This document shows positions 8,376-16,688 of a stretch of DNA of 64,000 nucleotides, piece after piece. Below the pieces are notes generated by a model that made no database searches, was not told the origin of the DNA, and saw only the letters and a program-made list of their open reading frames with translations. The position numbers and the translations under genes are program-made. The first letter of the stretch is position 1. Each line of letters opens with the position of its first letter. Origin of the DNA: a virus (Duplodnaviria > Caudoviricetes); IMG/VR virus record IMGVR_UViG_3300035670_000009, positions 1 to 64,000 of that record, one strand, 5' to 3'.

Positions 8376-11144
8376 TTATGGCGATTTTTGCTCGTCTTGC
8401 TTGGCTGGCGTGCCGACCTCGCGCAGAATCTTGCGAAACGCCTCGTTGAGCTGCTCTTTGTTCTGAGAGAGCGTCTCTAGAACCTCGTCGCCGGTGCGCT
8501 GGCGGCGTTGGCCCAGAAGCCTGCCTAGGAAACCCGGCTCGTCACTGCCGGATAGATATCTTTGGACCTGGACGTTCTTGAGATCTTCCGGCAGTCCTGC
8601 GTGCGAGTCAAAGCGCAAACCGCGGCCGCGTGCCTGCTGCGTACGGGCCTCGTTCCAGTGCGGATCCAGAAGCTGTATGAGATTCGTTCCCTTGGTCGAG
8701 ATACCCTCGGCGCCAGCTGGGCCAATAAGCAGGGCTCTGAGCTTGCCCTCGTTGTACTCTTTCAGCGCCTTCTGCCTGGCCTCGGGTGAAATTCCGCCAT
8801 GGAAAATGCCGTGCGGAATACCAGCACGCGCGAGCGCCGCAGCGTATGGGTTCACGCCGGACTCTATGAAGTTCGAGTAGATCAGCGCCTTCTTGCGCTC
8901 GTCGCCCTCGAGAGCTTTCTGCAAATTTTGCATGGCTGTCTGGAGTTTCCCAGACTGGTCGAAGGCTTTCAGTGGATCCCGGTCGCCGCGGAAGCTCTGC
9001 GTGGACAGCGATACTTGCCGGAGGCCATTGAGAAAGCTGTTCATCTTGGCCAGCTCTTCGCGCGACATCGGAAACTCTTTGTCCATCTTCCAGAGAAACC
9101 CTGGCGGCACTTTCGTGCGAATAGCTTTTTGGATCTTCTGCTGCGCCTTGGAGAGCGGCGTTTTAATCACCTCTTCTTGGACGTCCACGCCCTCGGGAGT
9201 CTTGCTGGGGTGGTAATCAACCCGGCCCTCGAGCAGCTGGCGCAGCTCTTTTTCGTTTTTGACGTACGGCACTTCGCCCCACTGCGCGCCGCGAAGATAC
9301 GGAATAATTCCCGGAAACTTAGACTTGTAGCCGATGTAGCGCTCTTCAAACTGCTTGGGCGTGAGCTCTTTGCTGGTCAGCATCGAGATCAGGCTCGCCA
9401 TGTCAGTAGGCGAGTTCGTGATCGGCGTGCCAGATAGGAGCACAAGGCGCTTGGCTTTCTGCGCTGCCTCGCGGGCTGCGCGAGAAGCTGCGCTTTCAGG
9501 GTTACGTAATCTCTGCGCCTCGTCCATGACCAGCGTGTCTGGCTGCGACTGGAACTTTTTGCCCAGCGCGAGTCCGGAGTAAGAAAGCAGCTCAGGATTC
9601 GAGCCCTGCGTGAACTTGCCGAGTTCTTTCTGAAAGTTGCCGCGCAAACTAGCTGGCACAACGACGCCGTAATTACCGCCATGGATTTTCTGCGCGGCTT
9701 CAGCAGCGGCAATAGCCGAGAGAGACTTGCCTGAACCTAAGCCGTGATAGACCAACAAGCGCGGGTCTTCTCCAGAGACGCGATCTGATACGCGCTGCTG
9801 ATGCTCCTGCAGCTCGACGTCGGGCGAAAGGGCGGCGGTCTTAGGGCGGCCGAGCCAGTATTTGCGCACAGCATTAGCGCGCGTGTTCTCACCTGGCAAG
9901 GGCGGAATGAGCTCGCGGCCGCTCAGGATATCGCCGGACCCGCCAGCCTGTCTGCCGCCAGACAAAGGCAACTGATAGTCGATGAGTTGTCCGCCTGGTC
10001 CTAGATTATCAGGGCGAATGTCTTTAACGCCAAAATTTAATAGCGGTTGATAAACCTTACGCGCCCGCTGCACCGCTTCGTTTTCTAGCGCTTCTCGCCG
10101 TGCCCATGGGTACGGCATCCCGGTCGTTAGATCGATGAACGTATCGTCAAAGCCCTTGTCAGTAATTGCAGGCAGGCCCGGCGCAAAGGTTGTGATCCAG
10201 CCGGGCACTACTGGCTTGTCGCCAAACTCTTGAAACACGCCTTTAACGCCGCTGCCGCGCAAGTATTTAGCTGCAGTGCCGGGAAACTGCCGGGCTAGAA
10301 TGCGCGAACCTTCAAGACTGCGTGCGGCTTCAGTGCGCAACGCTTGCCGGGACAAATCATGCGCGGGTAATTTGCGCACAATTAAACCAGACGTGCCTTT
10401 AAGTTTGCCCGCCATAAGGTCAGCTTGGTTAAATGTGCCGCGGCCAAGACTCTTGATAAATCGCATACTGCCGTCGGGCATACTGGCCGTAATCTTGCCC
10501 AGTGCCGCTGGAGAAAGCTGCCCTGCTCGGGCCAGCTGCACCCATTTTGGCGCGGCTGTTTTAACGTACTGTGCCAGGTCTTCATCGTCGTACGCGGCTG
10601 ATTTAAAAAGCGCAGACACAGCCCGCCACACCTGGCCCGGTTCCGCTTCGGTGCGACGTTCGTGACAGGAAACCGGAAAAACATCCCCTAGCTGTGTCTG
10701 CGCCTGTTTCACTTTGTCTTGGACGTATCGTTGCATCGCCTTTCGCTGGTACTCGTCCAGCATTTCGGTGACGCTGTTGGCCTGTTCGGCAGCTACGAGT
10801 TTTGCAGGATCAACGCCCCAGTTGCGCAGCGCCCAGCCGCGGCGAGCTGTGGGCTTGGCCGCAAACGGGCCGCCGTGGCGGGCTTTGAAGCTCAGCCAGC
10901 GTTTGATCTGGCGCTCGTCCTCGCCGGGAATTCTGCGACCACCAGCATAGCGCTTGTACCACTGCGCCCAGCCTTTGGGGTCGTGCTCGCTGAGCCACTC
11001 GGGTTTCCATTCGCCCAGGCTGGCTAGCCTGGGTGCGGCGCCTCGATACAGCGAGTCATATACGCCGAGATTTTCCAACTGCTCTGGAGTGTAATCTGGC
11101 TGGAACTTCGCAGAGATGTCGGGTTGTTGCGGCACATCGCTCAT
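8376..11144 (-). CDS. Multidomain protein: conserved uncharacterised N-domain + kinase-like domain + SNF2-type SF2 helicase
   Basis: Helicase motifs HGLGSGKS, DEAQ, SGTPITN, DPHWN, QARGRGLR; kinase-like LGRGTF, IVRK, KDIRPDNL, LIDY; start at MSDVPQ overlaps the upstream stop (ATGA). Confidence 0.75.
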   Translation of the reverse strand: MSDVPQQPDISAKFQPDYTPEQLENLGVYDSLYRGAAPRLASLGEWKPEWLSEHDPKGWAQWYKRYAGGRRIPGEDERQIKRWLSFKARHGGPFAAKPTARRGWALRNWGVDPAKLVAAEQANSVTEMLDEYQRKAMQRYVQDKVKQAQTQLGDVFPVSCHERRTEAEPGQVWRAVSALFKSAAYDDEDLAQYVKTAAPKWVQLARAGQLSPAALGKITASMPDGSMRFIKSLGRGTFNQADLMAGKLKGTSGLIVRKLPAHDLSRQALRTEAARSLEGSRILARQFPGTAAKYLRGSGVKGVFQEFGDKPVVPGWITTFAPGLPAITDKGFDDTFIDLTTGMPYPWARREALENEAVQRARKVYQPLLNFGVKDIRPDNLGPGGQLIDYQLPLSGGRQAGGSGDILSGRELIPPLPGENTRANAVRKYWLGRPKTAALSPDVELQEHQQRVSDRVSGEDPRLLVYHGLGSGKSLSAIAAAEAAQKIHGGNYGVVVPASLRGNFQKELGKFTQGSNPELLSYSGLALGKKFQSQPDTLVMDEAQRLRNPESAASRAAREAAQKAKRLVLLSGTPITNSPTDMASLISMLTSKELTPKQFEERYIGYKSKFPGIIPYLRGAQWGEVPYVKNEKELRQLLEGRVDYHPSKTPEGVDVQEEVIKTPLSKAQQKIQKAIRTKVPPGFLWKMDKEFPMSREELAKMNSFLNGLRQVSLSTQSFRGDRDPLKAFDQSGKLQTAMQNLQKALEGDERKKALIYSNFIESGVNPYAAALARAGIPHGIFHGGISPEARQKALKEYNEGKLRALLIGPAGAEGISTKGTNLIQLLDPHWNEARTQQARGRGLRFDSHAGLPEDLKNVQVQRYLSGSDEPGFLGRLLGQRRQRTGDEVLETLSQNKEQLNEAFRKILREVGTPAKQDEQKSP
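11048..11120 (-). repeat. 73-bp direct repeat copy 1 (encodes DISAKFQPDYTPEQLENLGVYDSL)
   Basis: Matches 11737-11809 with 3 mismatches. Confidence 0.95.
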
Positions 11145-11824
11145 GTTTTTACCGCCAGGCATTGATTCTGATGAATATCTAACACCTGCGTATCTGGAAA
11201 GAACTCTGTAATAGCCCGGCGAATGCCAGGGCAACAGACGTCGTCCCAGTCGTCAAACAGAATCGCGCCTCCCGGCACAATCTTTGGCCAAAACAACGAA
11301 AGCGCGTGACTTGTTGAATCATAGTGATCCATATCCATGTGCACGAAACAAAACGCGGCATGCACGTCTTTCGCAGACACTGGCAGCCAGCCGGGATAAA
11401 AGCGACAATTTGGCTTGTCGTCGAGATATGCCCGCACGGCCTCCAACGACGTATCTCCAAAACTGCCCGTATGAAATTGATTGGGCATTGAATCGTCGCA
11501 GATAAACCCCTGAAACGAATCAAATAACAGCACGTCTTTTGTTTCAAATGCCGTGGCTAGAATTCGCGCAGCGCCGCCTTTGTACACGCCGCACTCAGCC
11601 ACATGCCCGGGCAAATTCTTAGCCGCAATGTCGCAACAGACTTTGGCCAATAGCCTACGCTTTTCACCCAATACAGAGTGGTCAGGTTTTGCGGCAAACG
11701 CGCGGGCGAGCAGCGCATCCGCAGCGGCGTAGGGGCACAGCGAGTCGTACACGCCGAGATTTTCCAACTGCTCTGGAGTGTAGTCTGGCTGGAACTTCGC
11801 AGAGATGTCAGACGGCTCGGGCAT
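11141..11824 (-). CDS. TylF/MycF (macrocin O-methyltransferase)-like sugar O-methyltransferase
   Basis: VAECGVYKGG, FDSFQGF, VHMDMDHYDS, GGAILFDDW motifs. Confidence 0.85.
   Translation of the reverse strand: MPEPSDISAKFQPDYTPEQLENLGVYDSLCPYAAADALLARAFAAKPDHSVLGEKRRLLAKVCCDIAAKNLPGHVAECGVYKGGAARILATAFETKDVLLFDSFQGFICDDSMPNQFHTGSFGDTSLEAVRAYLDDKPNCRFYPGWLPVSAKDVHAAFCFVHMDMDHYDSTSHALSLFWPKIVPGGAILFDDWDDVCCPGIRRAITEFFPDTQVLDIHQNQCLAVKT
11737..11809 (-). repeat. 73-bp direct repeat copy 2
   Basis: Matches 11048-11120 with 3 mismatches. Confidence 0.95.
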
Positions 11825-11897
11825 GCTGGCGTCCTTGCCATTGCCAATAGATATCTATGTACCGGGCCAGTTTACCAAATGCACTTACACCCGAGCT

Positions 11898-11945
11898 CTG
11901 ATAGCAAAAGGAAAGCGGAGCGCCGGGGCCGAAGCCCCGGGCGCT
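11898..11945 (-). terminator. Intrinsic terminator, cassette family copy 1
   Basis: GC hairpin with C(UUCG)G loop followed by UUUCCUUUUGCUAUCAG. Confidence 0.75.
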
Positions 11946-11969
11946 GTTGCTTGCCTTGTGCGGGCTTTA

Positions 11970-12224
11970 TCAGCTCGCAAGCGCGGCGAGGCCCGCCTGG
12001 GCGATCACCGCGTTGAGCGCGGCGCCGAACTCCTCGACGGCGGCGACGATCTCCTCCTCGGAGAACTTGCCGACGTTGGCCTGGATCGCCTCGAGCTTGG
12101 CGCGCGCCTTGGTCAGTCGCCGCGTGGCGCGCACCCGCTTGCCGAGCTGGATGCCCTCGTGTACGGCGCAGCCGCCGATCGCCACCACCGCCACAGCCGC
12201 CACCGCCTTGATGAGCATGTTCAT
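11970..12224 (-). CDS. Small protein with N-terminal hydrophobic helix (cassette gene)
   Basis: Own promoter, leader and terminator; AVAAVAVVAIGG segment. Confidence 0.7.
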   Translation of the reverse strand: MNMLIKAVAAVAVVAIGGCAVHEGIQLGKRVRATRRLTKARAKLEAIQANVGKFSEEEIVAAVEEFGAALNAVIAQAGLAALAS

Positions 12225-12308
12225 CGTATCAGCCCTTCAGGTATTCTAGCCTGCAACGCTCACCCGGCGTTGCTGCAGCAAGTCCTGACTACCTAATCAG
12301 GGCTCACT
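12225..12308 (-). promoter_or_regulatory. Structured 5' leader, subtype B copy 1 (CGGGUGA loop)
   Basis: Similar to 18381-18465; stem CAACGC-CGGGTGA-GCGTTG. Confidence 0.6.
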
Positions 12309-12310
12309 AG

Positions 12311-12339
12311 ATATGCCCGGCTGTGCGCTTTTCTTTAGC
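12311..12339 (-). promoter_or_regulatory. Phage promoter GCTAAA-N16-GGCATAT
   Basis: One of 7 exact-spacing copies, all upstream of minus-strand units. Confidence 0.8.
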
Positions 12340-12341
12340 TA

Positions 12342-12893
12342 TCAGCGCGCAGCTTGTTGCGCAAACTGCTGCGCCGCCCCGGTGTAATTAAACGGCTTGG
12401 CCGACGACGTGATGCCCGGCAACAAATCCCACATCGGCTTCTGATAGCCGACTCGTGCAAGCTGCGCTGTTTGCCCAGCGTTCAACGCAACGGGCGCGCC
12501 GCCGCGTAAAACCTGCACGCCGTTGACCAGAGTCCGACTCGGCTGCGCTACGCCATTGATAGTCTGCGTGATGTGATTGAGCTGCGGCGTGTGAATCATG
12601 GCGTTGTGCATCGTGTGCCCGCCGCCCAAGAGCGCCAGGCCCGTGACAGCTGGCTTGACGACGCGGTCCATAGCAAGCTGTTTGAGCTTTGTGCCCATAG
12701 GCGTGACAGGCGCCCGGCCGGTGACCATCTGCGTGGCCTTTTGCATGAGCGTAGGCTTTGGCGCAGCCACGGCAAGCCGTTTGAAAGCAGGCGCCAGAGA
12801 ATGACCCAGCGCATCGAGCAGAGCTTGCTTTTCGCGCGGGCTTGTTTGCGCGCCCAGAACGTAGCCGAACTCGTAAGCTGACAGCGCGCTCAT
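12342..12893 (-). CDS. Hypothetical virion-type protein (EKQA linker)
   Basis: ORF coupled to upstream gene (ATGA overlap); basic, Ala/Gln-rich. Confidence 0.6.
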   Translation of the reverse strand: MSALSAYEFGYVLGAQTSPREKQALLDALGHSLAPAFKRLAVAAPKPTLMQKATQMVTGRAPVTPMGTKLKQLAMDRVVKPAVTGLALLGGGHTMHNAMIHTPQLNHITQTINGVAQPSRTLVNGVQVLRGGAPVALNAGQTAQLARVGYQKPMWDLLPGITSSAKPFNYTGAAQQFAQQAAR

Positions 12894-15799
12894 TTTTTGC
12901 TCTTCTCTTTTTTCTGCCTGTCGGCCTTCGACTTCGATGCGGACTCTGACTCGTCGCGGTCAGAGTTGCTGTCTTCCGGCTTGTCGTCAGCGTACGTTCC
13001 CTTGCGCCGGGCTGCTTGCAACAGGCCATAAGCCTTGCCGCCGACCAGGCCAGCCAGTGCGCCATTCGGGCCGCCCAGCATTTTGCCCGCGTAGCTGCCG
13101 TACCCAGCAGGCAAAACTTTCTGCCGGTCGTGCAGAATCTCGTTGAGCTTGTTGGGCTTATCGCCGAGCGCCTTACGCAACGCCCGCTCAGAGCGCTGAT
13201 TTGCATTGGCCTCGTGAAGCAACGACACGAGCGGAATCTTGCCCGCCACGCTGTACAGATCTCGCTGGAGGCCCGTGCCCTGACGGCGCAACCAGGTAAG
13301 CAACTTGTTCTTGCCGGGCTCGTACTCGGGGACTTTCTTTGCGTTAAAGTCTAGCGCGTGGCCCAGCTCGTGTGAAAGCGCCGCAGGATTATTGCCGTAA
13401 AGATATGTGCTGTCGGAGAACGGGTTATAAGCGTTGCCGCGCGTCAGGGCCGTCGCGAGATAGCTCAGCGGCAACGAAGCGGTGCCAATTGCTTTGCCTG
13501 CAACGCTCGTACGGGGATTGGTCATCGTGCGCTTGATTTCCCGAAAGAAGCGCGGGCCGCCAAGATACACCTGATGATTACTCAAAGCTTGCGGGTCAGC
13601 CTGCGCCATGGTTTGCGCCAGCGCTTTCATTTTCTGCGCGCGAATGTCTTCTGGCGCAGCCTCGGGGTCAGTCACGCCCGCTGCGCCAGTCCAATCGGTT
13701 GGATTCACATGCAGCTGCGGCGAGAGAATGAGATTGCTGGGAAAGCCGCCGAGGTGCCCAAGCGTACTGCTCAGCGCCATGGCAGGCAGACCGCCGCGGG
13801 ACACGTCGATAGATATCTTTTCAGCCTGCGCGGCGCCGCGTGCAATAGCGAACAAGTCACACGCTGACTTTGGACGAATGCCCTGCAGCTGGCCCCACGT
13901 TGTCGCCTTCGTTGGCACATCGCCAAAGAACGACACAAACTCGCCCGTGCCGTACGACGAGGGAATACGCCCGGCAGCTTGGCCCACGCGTGTATAGCGC
14001 TGCATGGCTTTGCTCATTGCTGCCTGCGCGGCTTCAGTGTCGCCGAACCTGCGGAACATGTGAATGCCGTCGGGCATGCGCAGGCGCGTCGTGGGCGGCG
14101 CGATGGGGCGCGGCGTTCGGTTCCACAGAAACTCTGCCAGCTCGCTTAGCCTGGCCCCTGGTACCGCCTCGCGACGTGCAGCAGACAGCGCGGGCAATAC
14201 AGACGGATGCGCCGTTGACATACTCAGGACTTTTTTAGCCGCTGTTTGCGCTGCGCCAGCTACGCGAGAAGGCAACGCGGGCGCAGCTTCGCGGCCAAAG
14301 ATACCCGCCATCGTGCCCATGCGGCTGCTGAGATTTCGCGTCAAGTCGGTCATGAAGTTGGCAGACTTTTCACTCTGCGCAAGACCAGCTAGGACAGCCA
14401 GGTCTGTTACAGAACCGCATTTGCAGTTCCACTTACGCAAAGATTTGTTAATGCGCGAGTCGGGGTCTGATTTCGTTTCACTTCCCGTGTTCACGCGTTT
14501 CATGCCGCACATGCGCGCACAGAACGAATTTTGGCGCTTCTTACGCTCGCCGCTGGGGTTGCTCTCAGTGACGGGCGGCTTGAGATTCCCGCCGTGCGCT
14601 TTCTCGTAGCTCTTGCGGCCTTTTTCATTCAGGCCGCCTTCGGGGTTCTTGCCTTCGCTGCGCTGCCATGCGGGACTCGCTGCGCCTTGTTTCGCAAGCG
14701 CCGCCTCGATGAGCTGGCGCATCTCGGGCTTGAGCTGGCCCATGTGCGAGAACTCGAGTCTATTTGGCTGCTCCATGACGTGCATGCCGCGAATAGCCTT
14801 GAGCTTGCGCTTGTACTTGGGCACGTCTTCGCGCAGCACATAGGGATCCCGATCGAAGATTCGGCGCAGCCAGCCAGGCGGCTTGTCTACAACGTCGACG
14901 CCGTGCGTGTGCCCGTAGCGATATGCGTTGCCCACGTCGACGAGACCTTCGGCGCCGTACCAGCCGGGCATCTTTTCATCATTGCCGCCCAGAATGCTCG
15001 TAATCCCAGCGGTCTTTGAGCTATCAGGCGAGTTCTTCTGGCCGAACGCCGCGTTGCCATTGAGCTGGCCCTTGGCGCCCAGTGGCCCAAACGCCTGGAT
15101 GGGATTGTGCTGCGGATTCGAGCCGCCGCCGACCGGGCTGTTACTGGGTTGCGGCATACCTTGCTGCGCTGTTTGGGCGCCCTGCGCAGCTGACGCATTC
15201 GCCGGGGCGTTAACCGTACCCATGGGGGGCGTAATGTACGGAGACGGAATCGAGTACCTCTTCAACCCCATGTTTTGCGGGACAAAACGCGGCTCTCGAC
15301 CCTCGGCCAACGCTTGCGCAGTTTCCATTTCATTGCGAAAAGGCTTCGCCAAAACAGTGGAAATCTTTGCAAGCAAACTTTGCGCCGCCTCTTTATCGCA
15401 CTCTTCACGCTCACGCGATTCAGACTGCGAAGACTCGGCGTTGTCTAACTTTTGCTCGCCCTGCTCACGTTCTTGTCCGGCATACGTGGGTTTGTCGCTG
15501 TGGGGAATGTCCACTTTGACCAACGAATCCATAGCCGTTTTAGCGTTGGCGCTACCTTCTGTATTGCATATTAAAAAGGCACCGTTGCCCGAAAATTGTG
15601 CAAGCCCGGCCGAAAGAGCCGCGAGAGCGGCAGCTTTTTCTTTGCTATTGGCGCTGGGCTTTTTCTGGTCGTGGTCTTTCTTATCGGCGTACATCGGCAG
15701 ACCCTTGTTGGATTCGGGGTACTCATGCGCCCAACGTTTGGCGATGTCGGGATGCGCTGCCCATAGAAAACGGCGCTGCTTCTCAGACTGAAATGGCAT
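12890..15799 (-). CDS. 969-aa multi-module protein with C-terminal HExxH metallopeptidase-like motif
   Basis: Modules PFQSEKQRRFLWAAHP, AWQRSEGKNPEGGLN...FCARM...RKWNC and SHELGH...HEANAN, separated by KxA-type linkers. Confidence 0.65.
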   Translation of the reverse strand: MPFQSEKQRRFLWAAHPDIAKRWAHEYPESNKGLPMYADKKDHDQKKPSANSKEKAAALAALSAGLAQFSGNGAFLICNTEGSANAKTAMDSLVKVDIPHSDKPTYAGQEREQGEQKLDNAESSQSESREREECDKEAAQSLLAKISTVLAKPFRNEMETAQALAEGREPRFVPQNMGLKRYSIPSPYITPPMGTVNAPANASAAQGAQTAQQGMPQPSNSPVGGGSNPQHNPIQAFGPLGAKGQLNGNAAFGQKNSPDSSKTAGITSILGGNDEKMPGWYGAEGLVDVGNAYRYGHTHGVDVVDKPPGWLRRIFDRDPYVLREDVPKYKRKLKAIRGMHVMEQPNRLEFSHMGQLKPEMRQLIEAALAKQGAASPAWQRSEGKNPEGGLNEKGRKSYEKAHGGNLKPPVTESNPSGERKKRQNSFCARMCGMKRVNTGSETKSDPDSRINKSLRKWNCKCGSVTDLAVLAGLAQSEKSANFMTDLTRNLSSRMGTMAGIFGREAAPALPSRVAGAAQTAAKKVLSMSTAHPSVLPALSAARREAVPGARLSELAEFLWNRTPRPIAPPTTRLRMPDGIHMFRRFGDTEAAQAAMSKAMQRYTRVGQAAGRIPSSYGTGEFVSFFGDVPTKATTWGQLQGIRPKSACDLFAIARGAAQAEKISIDVSRGGLPAMALSSTLGHLGGFPSNLILSPQLHVNPTDWTGAAGVTDPEAAPEDIRAQKMKALAQTMAQADPQALSNHQVYLGGPRFFREIKRTMTNPRTSVAGKAIGTASLPLSYLATALTRGNAYNPFSDSTYLYGNNPAALSHELGHALDFNAKKVPEYEPGKNKLLTWLRRQGTGLQRDLYSVAGKIPLVSLLHEANANQRSERALRKALGDKPNKLNEILHDRQKVLPAGYGSYAGKMLGGPNGALAGLVGGKAYGLLQAARRKGTYADDKPEDSNSDRDESESASKSKADRQKKEKSKK

Positions 15800-15878
15800 G
15801 GCGCGCTTTCTGCGTTAAAGATCGTTGTATCTTCGCAAAACGCGTGCGCTACGGCAACGGCCAGAGTGTACGAGAGCG

Positions 15879-15930
15879 CTGATAGCAAAAGGAAAGCGGG
15901 AGGCCCGGGGACCGTAGCCCCCGGGCGCTC
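15879..15930 (-). terminator. Intrinsic terminator, cassette family copy 2
   Basis: Hairpin with C(UACG)G loop plus UUUCCUUUUGCUAUCAG. Confidence 0.75.
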
Positions 15931-15975
15931 CACGTCTTTCCTCGCGATGAGGAGCAGCCGCGTGACCGCATGGCA

Positions 15976-16431
15976 CTAGGCCTGGGCCAGACCGCCCTGC
16001 GCGCAGATCTGCTGCACGTCGGCCGGGACCTGCTGGGCCTGCGCCTCGGGGGCGTAGAAGCCCTGCATGACGCCGCGGCTGAGCGGGTTGCTGCTGACCG
16101 CGGTGCCCGCCTTGGTCGTGACGTCGAGGACGGCCCGGGCGCTGCGGCCGATGCCGTAGCCCGTGACCTCGACGCCCTTGACCGCCGCGTCCGCCGTCAC
16201 CGTCGCGGCCGTGATGGCCGTGTCGGCGATGAGACAACCGGCGTCGAGCACCGCGCCGGTGGCGACCACCGCGCAGCCCGTGGTGAAGTTGCCGACCTTC
16301 GCGACGCCCTCCACCACCTTCTTGTCGCCACCGGAGCGGCGCAGGAGGTAGGACGCGACGGCGACGGTGCCGACGGCGATGGCGACCTTGGTGGCGGACT
16401 TGGCGAACAGGTTGCTGATGACGTGGAGCAT
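15976..16431 (-). CDS. Small Ala/Val/Gly-rich protein with hydrophobic segment (cassette gene)
   Basis: ORF between leader and terminator; VAIAVGTVAVASYLL. Confidence 0.7.
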   Translation of the reverse strand: MLHVISNLFAKSATKVAIAVGTVAVASYLLRRSGGDKKVVEGVAKVGNFTTGCAVVATGAVLDAGCLIADTAITAATVTADAAVKGVEVTGYGIGRSARAVLDVTTKAGTAVSSNPLSRGVMQGFYAPEAQAQQVPADVQQICAQGGLAQA

Positions 16432-16540
16432 CTGATTCCTCGAGTGTTAAGCTCGAGGTCCCAGTGGAGACAGATGGGTTTTCTAAGCCCAGGTTTCGGC
16501 CTTGTGGATCACCCGTCCACAACAGCTATATCTGCTCCAT
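16432..16540 (-). promoter_or_regulatory. Structured 5' leader, subtype A copy 1
   Basis: Near-identical to 17703-17812 with compensatory changes. Confidence 0.7.
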
Positions 16541-16543
16541 CTC

Positions 16544-16572
16544 ATATGCCGGGTTTTTGGCTGTTATTTAGC
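16544..16572 (-). promoter_or_regulatory. Phage promoter GCTAAA-N16-GGCATAT
   Basis: Exact consensus and spacing. Confidence 0.8.
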
Positions 16573-16633
16573 TCGCCCCAGATCATATGCGTAATACACC
16601 GTTTTGCGCACGTTTACGCATATGCGCGGGGCG

Positions 16634-16688
16634 CTGATAGCAAAAGAAAACCGCACGCCAGCGGCCCTGCAGACCGCCAGCGTGGTTC
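16634..16688 (-). terminator. Intrinsic terminator, cassette family copy 3
   Basis: Hairpin plus UUUUCUUUUGCUAUCAG. Confidence 0.65.

Noticed and set aside
11426-11454. GGGCATAT box inside the TylF gene (similar lone boxes at 71 and 60919)
   Set aside because: No GCTAAA box 16 bp upstream, so not counted as promoters.
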